From: Candidatus Zhuqueibacterota bacterium
GTDB lineage: Bacteria; Zhuqueibacterota; Zhuqueibacteria; Thermofontimicrobiales; Thermofontimicrobiaceae
Assembly (NCBI GenBank): GCA_034505795.1
Contig: JAPDQM010000001.1
Location: forward strand, 6,094 to 70,093
Length of the DNA stretch: 64,000 bases
Direction of reading: 5' to 3'
Below are positions 19,230-28,423 of this stretch, piece by piece; the first letter of the stretch is position 1, and the number at the start of each line of letters is the position of its first letter. The position numbers and the translations under genes are program-made. A model generated the notes under the pieces. That model was not told the DNA's origin, ran no database searches, and saw nothing but the letters and a program-made list of their open reading frames with translations.

Positions 19230-20111
19230 TCAAATAGCGTCATAGATCAGCCGGGAGATGCGAGCGATGAGCGCCTCAGCCTGCTGGTGATCTTGAATAC
19301 CACGGGTGAGTACTACCAGAATATATGCATGATCAGGAGATTTGTATACAATCGCCGCGTCATGATCAATACTAAAAATGGAGCCGGTTTTATGGGCTAC
19401 TTTCACAGTTGGCGGCAGCAGCGCCGGTATTTTCTTGTTCAATTTCTGATCGGTAAGGATGCCAATCATCTCTTCGCATGCTACTGGCGTTACCACGGTT
19501 TTTTGAGCAATGGCTTTCATGATCAGCAGCATGTCGTAGGCATCGGTGGTGTTGTTCAAGCCCTTTTGAAACGCTTTTGGATCTTCGACCCCGCGCAAAA
19601 TGCGAATCCGATGGGCACCAATCTCCTGCATTGTCTGCATGACGGCTTTGGCAGTCACCAACTCGATCAGAATATTAGTGGCTAGGTTGCTGCTCATGGT
19701 GATCATCTGGTAGACCAGGCCGCGTATGGCCATTTTGTGGCCAATTTGGCGATAGACCATGTCGTCACTATCTTCTTTGATGTCAAGGGAAAAGGGGCTG
19801 CCATCGACAATGCTGCGGAACTCGTTTTTCACCAGCAAAGAATCGGATAGTTGAAAGCGCCCCTGTTGAGCTTGCTTGAAGACCTCAATCATCACCGCCG
19901 TCTTCATGGTGCTGGCCGCATGCATGGCCACTTTTTCGTTCAGATAAAATGTTTTGCCGGTCTTCAAATCTTCAAACGCGATAGCCACTGTGCCGCCAGA
20001 TTGCTTGATAAGCTTTTGGATTTCCGATTTGACCTGCTGCCAGTCACCTGCAGGAATTGAATTGGAACGGCTGATCAAGCCAGTTAGCACCAGTATTATA
20101 AGCATTCGCAT
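19230..20111 (-). CDS. class A beta-lactamase-family serine hydrolase
   Basis: STMK (SxxK), SSN (SDN loop) and KTG motifs at correct spacing, with signal peptide MRMLIILVLTG. The track ORF's extra 71-aa N-terminal extension looks non-coding. Confidence 0.75.
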   Translation of the reverse strand: MRMLIILVLTGLISRSNSIPAGDWQQVKSEIQKLIKQSGGTVAIAFEDLKTGKTFYLNEKVAMHAASTMKTAVMIEVFKQAQQGRFQLSDSLLVKNEFRSIVDGSPFSLDIKEDSDDMVYRQIGHKMAIRGLVYQMITMSSNLATNILIELVTAKAVMQTMQEIGAHRIRILRGVEDPKAFQKGLNNTTDAYDMLLIMKAIAQKTVVTPVACEEMIGILTDQKLNKKIPALLPPTVKVAHKTGSIFSIDHDAAIVYKSPDHAYILVVLTRGIQDHQQAEALIARISRLIYDAI

Positions 20112-21072
20112 GTTGACCCTCGCTTGGTTGAACGATTCTTCTTTATTTTCGCATCCTATAATCTCTTGCTGGGAGAAGTACAGCCGTATCATTCTAGGTC
20201 TGAAATGTCGGGGATTGATGACCGCACCAGGACACCATCGCACGAATGGATGCCCGGAATCGAAGCCGCCTTTGACCAGGTTTTCAGTCTGCTGACGTTT
20301 TTGAATTTGACCGAAAAAGTACAATAAACCAAATTATCTCTCTCGGATCGTTGTGGTTTTTGATGACCTGATGGTGAACATGGCGCTAGAAATTATCGTA
20401 ACCAGTAATCTGAGCCACCTCGAAGTCCAATAACTATCAAAGATGTTGCATCTCAGAGATATTTTAGCAAGATTTACGATGAAAATCAAGTGTAATTTCA
20501 CTGTTGTGCCAGAGGAAAAAAAATAATTCAAAAAAATTACTTGCATTTTTGGGATTAATTAATTAACTTTTGCCCGGTCAAAATTGAAGATCACCAATCT
20601 TCGGACCACTTTCTTCAATCAAAATGCCTGCATGTCCCATAGGTGGATGGTATAGATTGAGTGAATTTGTCTTGTGAAGCAAATGTGTTTTCGAGTGTGA
20701 TCGTTGCGCATGAGAAATTGATGATCATAAATATCTGCGTGCTTTGAAAGGGGGATCTCGGAGGAATAACATAGCGAAATACTCGAAACCCAAATAGCAC
20801 TCAACACTAGAGCCAGAAGCATTCACAACAATTTCGATTGCCCCTCTTGCCAAAAGCTAATGTTGGTGAATTAATCGTTTTATATAAAGCCGGTCATCTT
20901 GAAAATTAAAATGAGTTGATATCGCCGGGTCGGCAGCTTGCTATGGCCAGCGTGAATCTGACTTTGGTCGATCTGTCAGGCACCGGTGTGTCGTTTGCTG
21001 CTAACGATTGATCCGTTTGAGATTGCTAACCGCAATACCTGTTGTAATAATTTACTATTCAAGGAGTTTTAT

Positions 21073-21567
21073 ATGCGAAGCACTCAGCTTTTTGTTGAGC
21101 CGGCTCTGCCCGGGCTGGATGTCTATGATGGTTATCAGGTCATTCAAGAACGGCGCACGACCGACCAGCGACTGCGAAAATTTTTGAACGAAAAATTGGA
21201 TCGCCTGGAAAAGCAATTTGCTCGATTCGGTTTTCAATTGCGCCAACACGGCAGCCATAATTCGTTCGAATTGTTTGACCGCATTGTGCTAAGTCTCAAA
21301 ATGCTCTCCCAGTCGTTGATCGATCCAGCTTATAATTCCGGGCCATTTTTCAAGAAGAACGTCAATCCGGCCAAACTCCATCAGATTGTGGAATATGACC
21401 AGCATCTCGCCAGTCAAATCGATGTCCTGCTTGATGAAGCGCAACATTTGGAACAGATGGCTGACGATGAAGAAATAGAGGAGGTACTGAATCATCTCTA
21501 CGATTTGATCGATGGGGTAAATCAAACCTGGTCGGAACGAGAATTTTTGATTCTGGATGAAAACTGA
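21073..21567 (+). CDS. hypothetical protein
   Basis: AAGGAG RBS is 7 nt before the ATG at 21073. 164-aa acidic helical protein with no recognisable family. Confidence 0.5.
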   Translation: MRSTQLFVEPALPGLDVYDGYQVIQERRTTDQRLRKFLNEKLDRLEKQFARFGFQLRQHGSHNSFELFDRIVLSLKMLSQSLIDPAYNSGPFFKKNVNPAKLHQIVEYDQHLASQIDVLLDEAQHLEQMADDEEIEEVLNHLYDLIDGVNQTWSEREFLILDEN

Positions 21568-21864
21568 GTATCAAATCATAACTCCTTGAATGTTGGAAGA
21601 GCGAATGGGGCTATGGGTGCGCCATTCGCTTTTTTATGGTTTCCACCACGAACGCAGCAAAAGGCCACTGAACTTTGAATGGTTCGTCCCGGTTGAAACT
21701 GAAAAAATGGAAGGATGTTCAGCATAAAATCTCACATGGAATACCACTCATTTCGATAAAGTTATTACCAGGGTTTATGCATTTAAGAGCACCGGAATTC
21801 TCTGACACTATGGTCATCGCCAGACAACGAACTTCGATGCAAACACCAAAAAAGAAGATTTTCA

Positions 21865-23415
21865 ATGAGCAAAAAATTATCCAGCGAGTGGTTTCTCATT
21901 CTCGCTCTGGCTTTTTTGAAATTGATTATTCATTTCATAACCAATACCAACTATGAGCTCCATCGGGACGCCTATCTCTATTTAGCCCAGGGCGATCATC
22001 TGGATTGGAGCTTCCTCTCGGTTCCACCCACGACGGCAGTCATTGGCAATATCACCCGATTTTTATTCGGTGATTCAGTGTTTTCCATTCGGCTGTTCCC
22101 AGCCATTATCGGCGCAGTCTCGGTGATCATGATCGGTTTGATCATTAGAAATTTGGGTGGAAAAATATGGGCGATCCTGCTTGGCTGCACTGCTTTTATT
22201 GTGTCCCCTGCCTTCCTGCGAAGCAATACGCTGTTTCAACCCGTAGCATTCGATGCGTTTTATTGGCTGCTCAGCACCTATTTTATTTTGAAATTAATTC
22301 AAACCCAGAATCCGAAATTTTGGATTCATCTGGGCATCACCTGGGGACTGGCATTCTTGGCTAAGTACAATATCGGATTTCTGATCCTGGCTTTTGGTCT
22401 GGCGTTATTATTCACTTCCGATCGAAAGCTGTTCTTGTCAAAATATTTCTTGTATGGTTCATTACTCGGATTGCTTATCGTCTTGCCCAATCTAGTCTGG
22501 CAGTATAACCATAATTTCCCCGTGGTTTATCACATGACCCGCCTCCGCGAGACGCAATTGGCTCATGTCCGAGTCATCGATTTTTTAATGGCACAGGTGC
22601 TGATGAATTTTTCTAATCTATGGGTCTGGCTTTTGGGAATGGCATTTATTCTTTTTTTTAAAGCTGGCAAAAAATATCGAGTGCTGGGCTATACCTATCT
22701 GGCCGTCGTGTTGCTTTATATTTTGTTGAAAGGCAAAGGCTATTATGCCCTGGGAATTTATCCCATTTTATTTGCCTTCGGCGGAGTCGCTATTGAAAAA
22801 TATGCAGAGGGAAAATTGAGCTTTTTGAAGCCCGCTATTTTAGCTTTAATGATTTTGACGACTCTGCCATTGCTTCCGTACAGTCTGCCCGTGCTGCCGC
22901 TGGACAAAATGGTGGTGTACGGTGAAAAATCCAAGCAATTCGGCGGCGAGGGCGCGCTGCGCTGGGAGGATGGTCGCATTTATCCGTTGCCTCAGGATTA
23001 TGCGGACATGACTGGCTGGAAAGAATTGAGCGATATTGTGATCAAGGCTTATCAAAGTTTGAGCGATTCCGATAAATCCGATTGTGTCATCTATGCCGAG
23101 AATTATGGCCAGGCTGGGGCAATCAAATATTATGCTGAAAAATATGGACTGCCAGAGCCAGTCTGTTTCAGCGAGAGCTTCTTGTTCTGGGCGCCCGATA
23201 GCGCCAATTTTAAAACACTGATCTATGTGAACGATGATACGAACGATGTCTCCTACTATTTTACAACCGTGGAATTGGTGGGACGAATTACCGATCCGTA
23301 TGCCCGAGAAAGCGGGCTGCCAGTCTGGCTTTGCAGAACGCCTCGAAATGGGTTTGAACAATTTTATGCTGATAAGGTCAAGGGCATCAAAGATCGATTC
23401 CGCAGAAGTCAATGA
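21865..23415 (+). CDS. ArnT/PMT-family (GT-C) glycosyltransferase
   Basis: Polytopic N-terminal region with the PMT_2-type loop (YLAQGDHLDW) and a C-terminal soluble domain. Confidence 0.7.
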   Translation: MSKKLSSEWFLILALAFLKLIIHFITNTNYELHRDAYLYLAQGDHLDWSFLSVPPTTAVIGNITRFLFGDSVFSIRLFPAIIGAVSVIMIGLIIRNLGGKIWAILLGCTAFIVSPAFLRSNTLFQPVAFDAFYWLLSTYFILKLIQTQNPKFWIHLGITWGLAFLAKYNIGFLILAFGLALLFTSDRKLFLSKYFLYGSLLGLLIVLPNLVWQYNHNFPVVYHMTRLRETQLAHVRVIDFLMAQVLMNFSNLWVWLLGMAFILFFKAGKKYRVLGYTYLAVVLLYILLKGKGYYALGIYPILFAFGGVAIEKYAEGKLSFLKPAILALMILTTLPLLPYSLPVLPLDKMVVYGEKSKQFGGEGALRWEDGRIYPLPQDYADMTGWKELSDIVIKAYQSLSDSDKSDCVIYAENYGQAGAIKYYAEKYGLPEPVCFSESFLFWAPDSANFKTLIYVNDDTNDVSYYFTTVELVGRITDPYARESGLPVWLCRTPRNGFEQFYADKVKGIKDRFRRSQ

Positions 23416-23613
23416 TGTGAAACGCCTATATCGCTACATCTATCAGTGGGTTGTCGATGATATTAGATCGATGTTTTATAACAATGGAATACTGGAATAT
23501 TGGAATTTCATAAGACCTGAATGTCAATCTTCCATCATTCCACCTTTCCATTATTCCTTTTTTGGGGGTAGTCCATCCTATCATAAAACTAAAACCAATG
23601 AGGAGGAGGAAAA

Positions 23614-23967
23614 ATGTTAACCACCAAACGAGTTGTCATTGCCACCATCTGCGGATTTGTGTTTGGCATCGTCTGTATGTTATTAGCCAGCTCAAATCCC
23701 AATGAACCAATCTCAACTGTGATGAAATGGACAATTATCTTCAGCCGCACCATGCTGGGATTCACGATCGGCATCAGCGCTATCCGTTTGAATTGGTGGC
23801 TGCATGGCATTGTTTTAGGAGCAATTGCCAGCCTCCCTATGGCAATCCCGATCATTAACCGCCCAGCTATTGCCATCAGCACGATCGTGATGGGAATTAT
23901 TTATGGCTTCCTGACCGAGCTAATCACCTCGATTTTCTTCAAAGCCAAATCAGCCGCACGATCGTAG
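23614..23967 (+). CDS. small integral membrane protein (4 TM), hypothetical
   Basis: Strong RBS AATGAGGAGGAGGAAAA and four hydrophobic segments. Confidence 0.55.
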   Translation: MLTTKRVVIATICGFVFGIVCMLLASSNPNEPISTVMKWTIIFSRTMLGFTIGISAIRLNWWLHGIVLGAIASLPMAIPIINRPAIAISTIVMGIIYGFLTELITSIFFKAKSAARS

Positions 23968-24233
23968 CTTTGAATGAAGCAAGCCTTCGAGGTTGCTGAA
24001 ACCTCGAAGGTCTCATTCCCGAAAAGTGATGAACGCATATCAACCATAGTTAAAGACAGTTTCTTTATTCAATATTCAATTTTGATATTTTGATTTGAAG
24101 CATAATTGGTATTGATGCATACTCTGAAGAAGCAGAAAATTTGCGCTTGGCATTCAAAAAACTAGTTGCTTTTTTACTTGAAAAGCTTATATTTTAAATA
24201 CAACAAACACTACTTAGTCAGATTAAAAGACGA

Positions 24234-24343
24234 TGTGTCATCCCGAACGGATCCGTCCGCCTACTGGCGGGCGGAGAAGTGAGGAATCTGTATGTATTGA
24301 TGAATTCGGGGTAAACAGATTTCTCTCCGCCGACTGGCGGATC
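24234..24343. repeat. GC-rich structured element: outer inverted repeat GTGTCAT/ATGACAC enclosing two CCGCC-N4-GGCGG hairpins and a 10-bp palindrome ACGGATCCGT
   Basis: Hairpins at 24256-24269 (CCGCCtactGGCGG) and 24317-24330 (CCGCCgactGGCGG). Palindrome at 24246-24255. Outer inverted repeat at 24234-24240 / 24337-24343. The element sits in an otherwise AT-rich intergenic region. Confidence 0.4.
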
Positions 24344-24423
24344 GAAATGACACGCAAGGTGAATTAAGATAATTTGACTAAGTAGTACAAATTGACAAAC
24401 AAATAGTCGACCAAGAGAACAAA

Positions 24424-24528
24424 ATGACCAACCTTTCCCCATCCCCAAGCATGATGACAATGAGGATAATATTATTGCTCCTTGCGCCGTTGAGTTGGCT
24501 TATGTTCTGCTGGAAACCGAAGCAATAA
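24424..24528 (+). CDS. candidate small hydrophobic peptide (34 aa; type-I-toxin-like), speculative
   Basis: ORF MTNLSPSPSMMTMRIILLLLAPLSWLMFCWKPKQ has a hydrophobic helix and a basic C-terminus. It lies about 80 nt downstream of the structured element. The RBS is weak and there are alternative starts at 24451/24460. Confidence 0.2.
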   Translation: MTNLSPSPSMMTMRIILLLLAPLSWLMFCWKPKQ

Positions 24529-24785
24529 TCAGAATTCTTTTGTCAACTAAAATTCCACAATTTTCCCCTTGACATTGTAAAATCGTTTTTATATATTCAC
24601 ACCGAAAAGTGAAATAGTTATGTGAAAAGAAAGAAGTATTATAGTGAGTCGATAATTTTTTCTCAATTGATATCAATAAATCTTCTTTAATTTCTTTTTG
24701 GCAGAGAGTTGGATCAAATAGGCCAATGAACTACCTGTTCCGATACTATGCTTAGAGCATTTCATTTAAGAAAATCGGAGGTAAA

Positions 24786-24986
24786 ATGCGGGCATATAAA
24801 TATATAGTTGACGTAGATCAACACGGACAAATTAATGTCCCAAATATTCCTCAAGTAAAATCATCGAAGGTTGAAGTAATTATACTGCCGCTCCAAATTG
24901 ATGATTATTCCGATTTGATGAACGCATCAGAATCCTCAACTGATTTCTGGAACAACCCAGATGACGAGGTTTGGAATGACGTATAA
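24786..24986 (+). CDS. MazE/AbrB-like antitoxin (putative)
   Basis: 66 aa with an acidic C-terminus. GGAGG RBS is present. It overlaps the downstream MazF-like gene by 11 nt. Confidence 0.55.
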   Translation: MRAYKYIVDVDQHGQINVPNIPQVKSSKVEVIILPLQIDDYSDLMNASESSTDFWNNPDDEVWNDV

Positions 24987-25338
24987 TCAAAGAGACATTG
25001 TGCTTATTCCTATTCCTTTTACTGATTTATCGAGTCATAAAAAACGTCCAGTAATTATTATTTCAAATGACTATTATAACAAAACCAATCCTGACATTGT
25101 TGTAGTGGCGCTAACGTCGAATCTTATTTTTGAAAACAAATATACCATCGATATAGATAATCATAGCCTGGAAAGTGGCGAGCTCCCCACGAAAAGCAGA
25201 ATCAGATGTGACAAAATTTATACCTTATCCAGAAATATCGTTTTAAAAAAATTCTGTAAAGTCAACAATGAGACTTTCAAGTTAATAAAGGATAAAATAT
25301 GCGCACTGATTGATACTGACAATGAAATTTTGTTTTGA
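24976..25338 (+). CDS. MazF/PemK family endoribonuclease toxin
   Basis: N-terminus RDIVLIPIPFTDLSSHKKRPVIIIS matches the MazF/PemK signature (RGDIV.V.FPF....KKRPA.VIS). Low GC. Confidence 0.75.
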   Translation: MTYNQRDIVLIPIPFTDLSSHKKRPVIIISNDYYNKTNPDIVVVALTSNLIFENKYTIDIDNHSLESGELPTKSRIRCDKIYTLSRNIVLKKFCKVNNETFKLIKDKICALIDTDNEILF

Positions 25339-25695
25339 AATTTGATTAGCCTTCAGATTCGATTTCCTTATCAGTTGCCGCTTTTAATGGTAAGCCGCAC
25401 CAGTCCCAAACGATATTTCTAAAAACGACTCTGATTAAATTGATTAACATTTGCTTAAGATAAAGATACTGTCATCGATTTAAGAATGAACTTGGAATGT
25501 TGTTATTAAAAAAAATCATTCAATTTTCAGGCTGATTTTTTGAAAGCGGTTTTATTTTAAAACAATTTGCCCATCCAATTGCTGATTTTGTTAAATGAGT
25601 CTTTGTTAAAAAAATGATCAACAAGGATTTTGTGCCTCAAATAAGAAATGATAATAAATGTCGAATGCTGGCTTTACAAAGAAAAAGGATGAGAC

Positions 25696-26109
25696 ATGAG
25701 ATTCCACACCGAATACCTCTGGTTCAATACCTCTCGCAAACGAGAATTCATCAACATCACTCCTGAAGTTGAAAAAGTGCTGAAAAAAAGCGGCATCCAG
25801 GAAGGCATGATTTTGGTATCAGCCATGCACATTACGGCTGGCGTTTATGTGAATGACGCCGAATCGGGACTGATTCAAGATATTGAGGATTGGCTGCAAA
25901 AGTTAGCTCCCGAAGGGGTGAACTATCGCCATCATCGCACGGGCGAAGTGAATGGCGATGCCCATTTGAAAAATCTGCTCATTGGGCATCAGGTGATCGT
26001 GCCGATCACCAAAGGCGAGCTCGATCTCGGTCCCTGGCAGCAGATTTATTACGCCGAGTTCGATGGCCAGCGCCGCAAACGGGTGATCATCAAAGTGATG
26101 GGAGAATAA
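25696..26109 (+). CDS. YjbQ/UPF0047 family protein (secondary thiamine-phosphate synthase-like)
   Basis: 137 aa with conserved [11 protein letters not shown] and HLK..L.G motifs of UPF0047. Confidence 0.75.
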   Translation: MRFHTEYLWFNTSRKREFINITPEVEKVLKKSGIQEGMILVSAMHITAGVYVNDAESGLIQDIEDWLQKLAPEGVNYRHHRTGEVNGDAHLKNLLIGHQVIVPITKGELDLGPWQQIYYAEFDGQRRKRVIIKVMGE

Positions 26110-26115
26110 AATAAC

Positions 26116-27861
26116 ATGGCTAAGGTTATTCGAATTGCACTGGCGCAGATCAATGTGACCGTCGGCGATCTGACTGGCAATGAACAGAAAATTAAAGACT
26201 ACCTTCAAAGAGCACGAGATTTTCAGGCTGACCTCATCGCTTTTCCTGAGCTTGCGATTACAGGCTATCCGCCCGAAGATCTATTGCTCCGCCCCCAATT
26301 TGTTCAGGATAATATCAATTGCCTGCAACGGATCGTCCCTGCGACTGAAAATATCACAGCCATTGTGGGATTTGCCAATCGGGAAAAGGATAAATTATAC
26401 AATGCCGCTGCCATTCTTTCGGATGGCAAATTGATCAATATCTATCATAAAATTCATCTGCCCAATTATGGCGTGTTCGATGAAGAACGCTATTTTGAAG
26501 CTGGCGATCGCCCCTTGATTCTGGAGCTGAATGACATCAAAATTGGCATGAGTATTTGTGAGGACATCTGGATCCAAAACAGTGTGATCGAAACCCAGGC
26601 ATTGTCCATTGGCGCTGAAATTCTCCTGAATATTTCTTCCTCGCCCTATCATTCGGGCAAGGTGGAGGAGCGGGAGAATTTGCTCAAACACAATGCCGTG
26701 AACAATCGTGCCATCGTCTGCTATGTCAATCTTGTTGGGGGGCAGGATGAATTGGTGTTCGATGGGAATAGCCTGGTTTTAGATGAGCGGGGTGAAATTT
26801 TAATTCGGGGCCAGCAATTTGAAGAAGATTTGATGGTGTTCGATCTGGATGTCTCCGAGCTACAGAATATCCGTGCCAGAGATGAGTCTTATCAACAGCG
26901 AAAAGCGGATTTCGATCCACCGTTCAAAATTGAGCTGGTCGATCTGCCTGATCACCAGCGCATACCGTTCGATCAAAAGCCGAAGCTGCTGATCACACCA
27001 AATCCAAAACTTGATCCGATAATGGAAATTTATCAAGCATTAGTTTTGGGAACACGGGATTATGTGAGAAAGAATGGATTTAAAAAAGTGGTATTAGGTT
27101 TGAGCGGCGGCATCGATTCGGCGCTGACCGCTGCCATTGCTGTCGATGCGCTGGGATCAGAAAATGTCATCGGCGTGAGCATGCCATCGATTTTTTCGTC
27201 TCAGGGCAGTCTGGATGATGCGGCACAATTGGCCAGCAACTTGAAGATCAAAAATCTGGTGATTCCCATTCAGGACACGTTTGAAGCCTATTTGAAAATG
27301 CTCAAAGAAACGTTTAAAAATTTGCCGTCTGATATTGCCGAAGAAAATATTCAAGCTCGAATTCGGGGGAATATCATTATGGCGCTATCCAACAAGTTCG
27401 GCTGGCTGGCGCTGAGCACTGGCAATAAAAGCGAGATTAGTGTTGGGTATTGCACGCTGTATGGCGACATGGCGGGCGGCTTTGCTGTAATCAAAGACGT
27501 TCCCAAGACTTTGGTTTATCATTTGGCAAATAAATTGAATGAATCACGTGGTCGTGAAATTATCCCGCACAACACGATGATCAAACCGCCATCGGCTGAG
27601 CTGCGTCCGAATCAAAAGGATGAAGACAGCCTGCCGCCATACGATATTTTGGATCCGATTTTGGCTGAGTATGTGGAAAAGGATGCCACCATCGAACAGA
27701 TTGTGGCGCTTGGGTTTGATGAAGCGATCGTGAGAAAAGTGATTCGATTGGTGGATCAAAGCGAGTACAAACGTCGGCAGGGCGCGCCAGGGGTGAAAAT
27801 TACGCCGCGGGCCTTTGGCAAGGATCGCAGGATGCCGATTACGAATCGGTATCGGGTTTGA
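26116..27861 (+). CDS. nadE: glutamine-dependent NAD+ synthetase
   Basis: N-terminal nitrilase/CN-hydrolase domain (IALAQINV, FPEL, C in MSICED) and C-terminal NAD synthetase domain with the SGGIDS P-loop. It starts 7 nt after the yjbQ stop. Confidence 0.9.
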   Translation: MAKVIRIALAQINVTVGDLTGNEQKIKDYLQRARDFQADLIAFPELAITGYPPEDLLLRPQFVQDNINCLQRIVPATENITAIVGFANREKDKLYNAAAILSDGKLINIYHKIHLPNYGVFDEERYFEAGDRPLILELNDIKIGMSICEDIWIQNSVIETQALSIGAEILLNISSSPYHSGKVEERENLLKHNAVNNRAIVCYVNLVGGQDELVFDGNSLVLDERGEILIRGQQFEEDLMVFDLDVSELQNIRARDESYQQRKADFDPPFKIELVDLPDHQRIPFDQKPKLLITPNPKLDPIMEIYQALVLGTRDYVRKNGFKKVVLGLSGGIDSALTAAIAVDALGSENVIGVSMPSIFSSQGSLDDAAQLASNLKIKNLVIPIQDTFEAYLKMLKETFKNLPSDIAEENIQARIRGNIIMALSNKFGWLALSTGNKSEISVGYCTLYGDMAGGFAVIKDVPKTLVYHLANKLNESRGREIIPHNTMIKPPSAELRPNQKDEDSLPPYDILDPILAEYVEKDATIEQIVALGFDEAIVRKVIRLVDQSEYKRRQGAPGVKITPRAFGKDRRMPITNRYRV

Positions 27862-27889
27862 CGGCTTAATAACTATTTGGACCACGGAA

Positions 27890-27918
27890 CCGCCAGTGGG
27901 CGGTCCGCCTTTTGGCGG
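27890..27918. repeat. two adjacent CCGCC-N4-GGCGG palindromes (same family as at 24256 and 24317)
   Basis: CCGCCagtgGGCGG at 27890-27903 and CCGCCttttGGCGG at 27905-27918, immediately downstream of the nadE stop. Confidence 0.5.
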
Positions 27919-27937
27919 AATAGAACGACCACGGAAT

Positions 27938-28041
27938 TTTTTTGGTCTCAGAACTGAAAGGTCTCAGAAATAAAATTCTGAGGCATTTCGTTTCTGAGAC
28001 AAATTAATTTCTGATTATCATTTCTGTGGGACTGCAATTCT
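27938..28041. repeat. array of seven TTCTG(A/T)G(A/G) repeats at about 16-bp spacing (two inverted, five direct)
   Basis: Reverse-orientation copies GGTCTCAGAA at 27938 and 27954. Forward copies TTCTGAGG at 27970, TTCTGAGAC at 27986, TTCTGA at 28003, and TTCTGTGGGA at 28016 and 28032. Spacings are 16, 16, 16, 17, 13 and 16 bp. Confidence 0.45.
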
Positions 28042-28423
28042 GTGGGAGGAATTTTTTGTCTTATTCAGCTCCCAATACAGACCTCTTTTTTTTTCGGTTT
28101 CTATTTCTTTCCGTTTGACGCCCTTTAATCCCGATTCTAACACCTCTTTAATTAAAGTTCAATTGAAGATAAAAAATATGAGTAAAAGTCAAGCTAAAAT
28201 TTTCCCATAAAGTTGCTTGCAAAAATGTTTTGATTTTTGTATATTAAATCCCAGAACATGACCATCATCTGCCAATTAATGGGTAAAGGTTTCATTTGAA
28301 TAATACTCTATTTGGCTAACATAATTATTGAATTTTACCAAAGCGAAAAGCCAGTAGCCAGTAGCGAAGGGCGTAAAAGCATTACGACTAAACTCCCAAT
28401 ATCTCATTAAAAAATCGAATTCT

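Noticed and set aside
20112-20324. 71-aa N-terminal extension of the beta-lactamase ORF
   Set aside because: The extension has no signal peptide and is low-complexity. A proper signal peptide (MRMLIILVLTG) starts at the internal ATG 20109-20111, so the upstream part is treated as non-coding.
25339-25695. TPP (THI-box) riboswitch upstream of yjbQ
   Set aside because: No CUGAGA / ACCUGAUCUGGAUAAUGCC-type conserved elements were found in the spacer.
27938-28041. CRISPR array
   Set aside because: The repeats are only about 8-10 bp at 16-bp spacing with mixed orientation. This is far too short and irregular for CRISPR. No cas genes are present.
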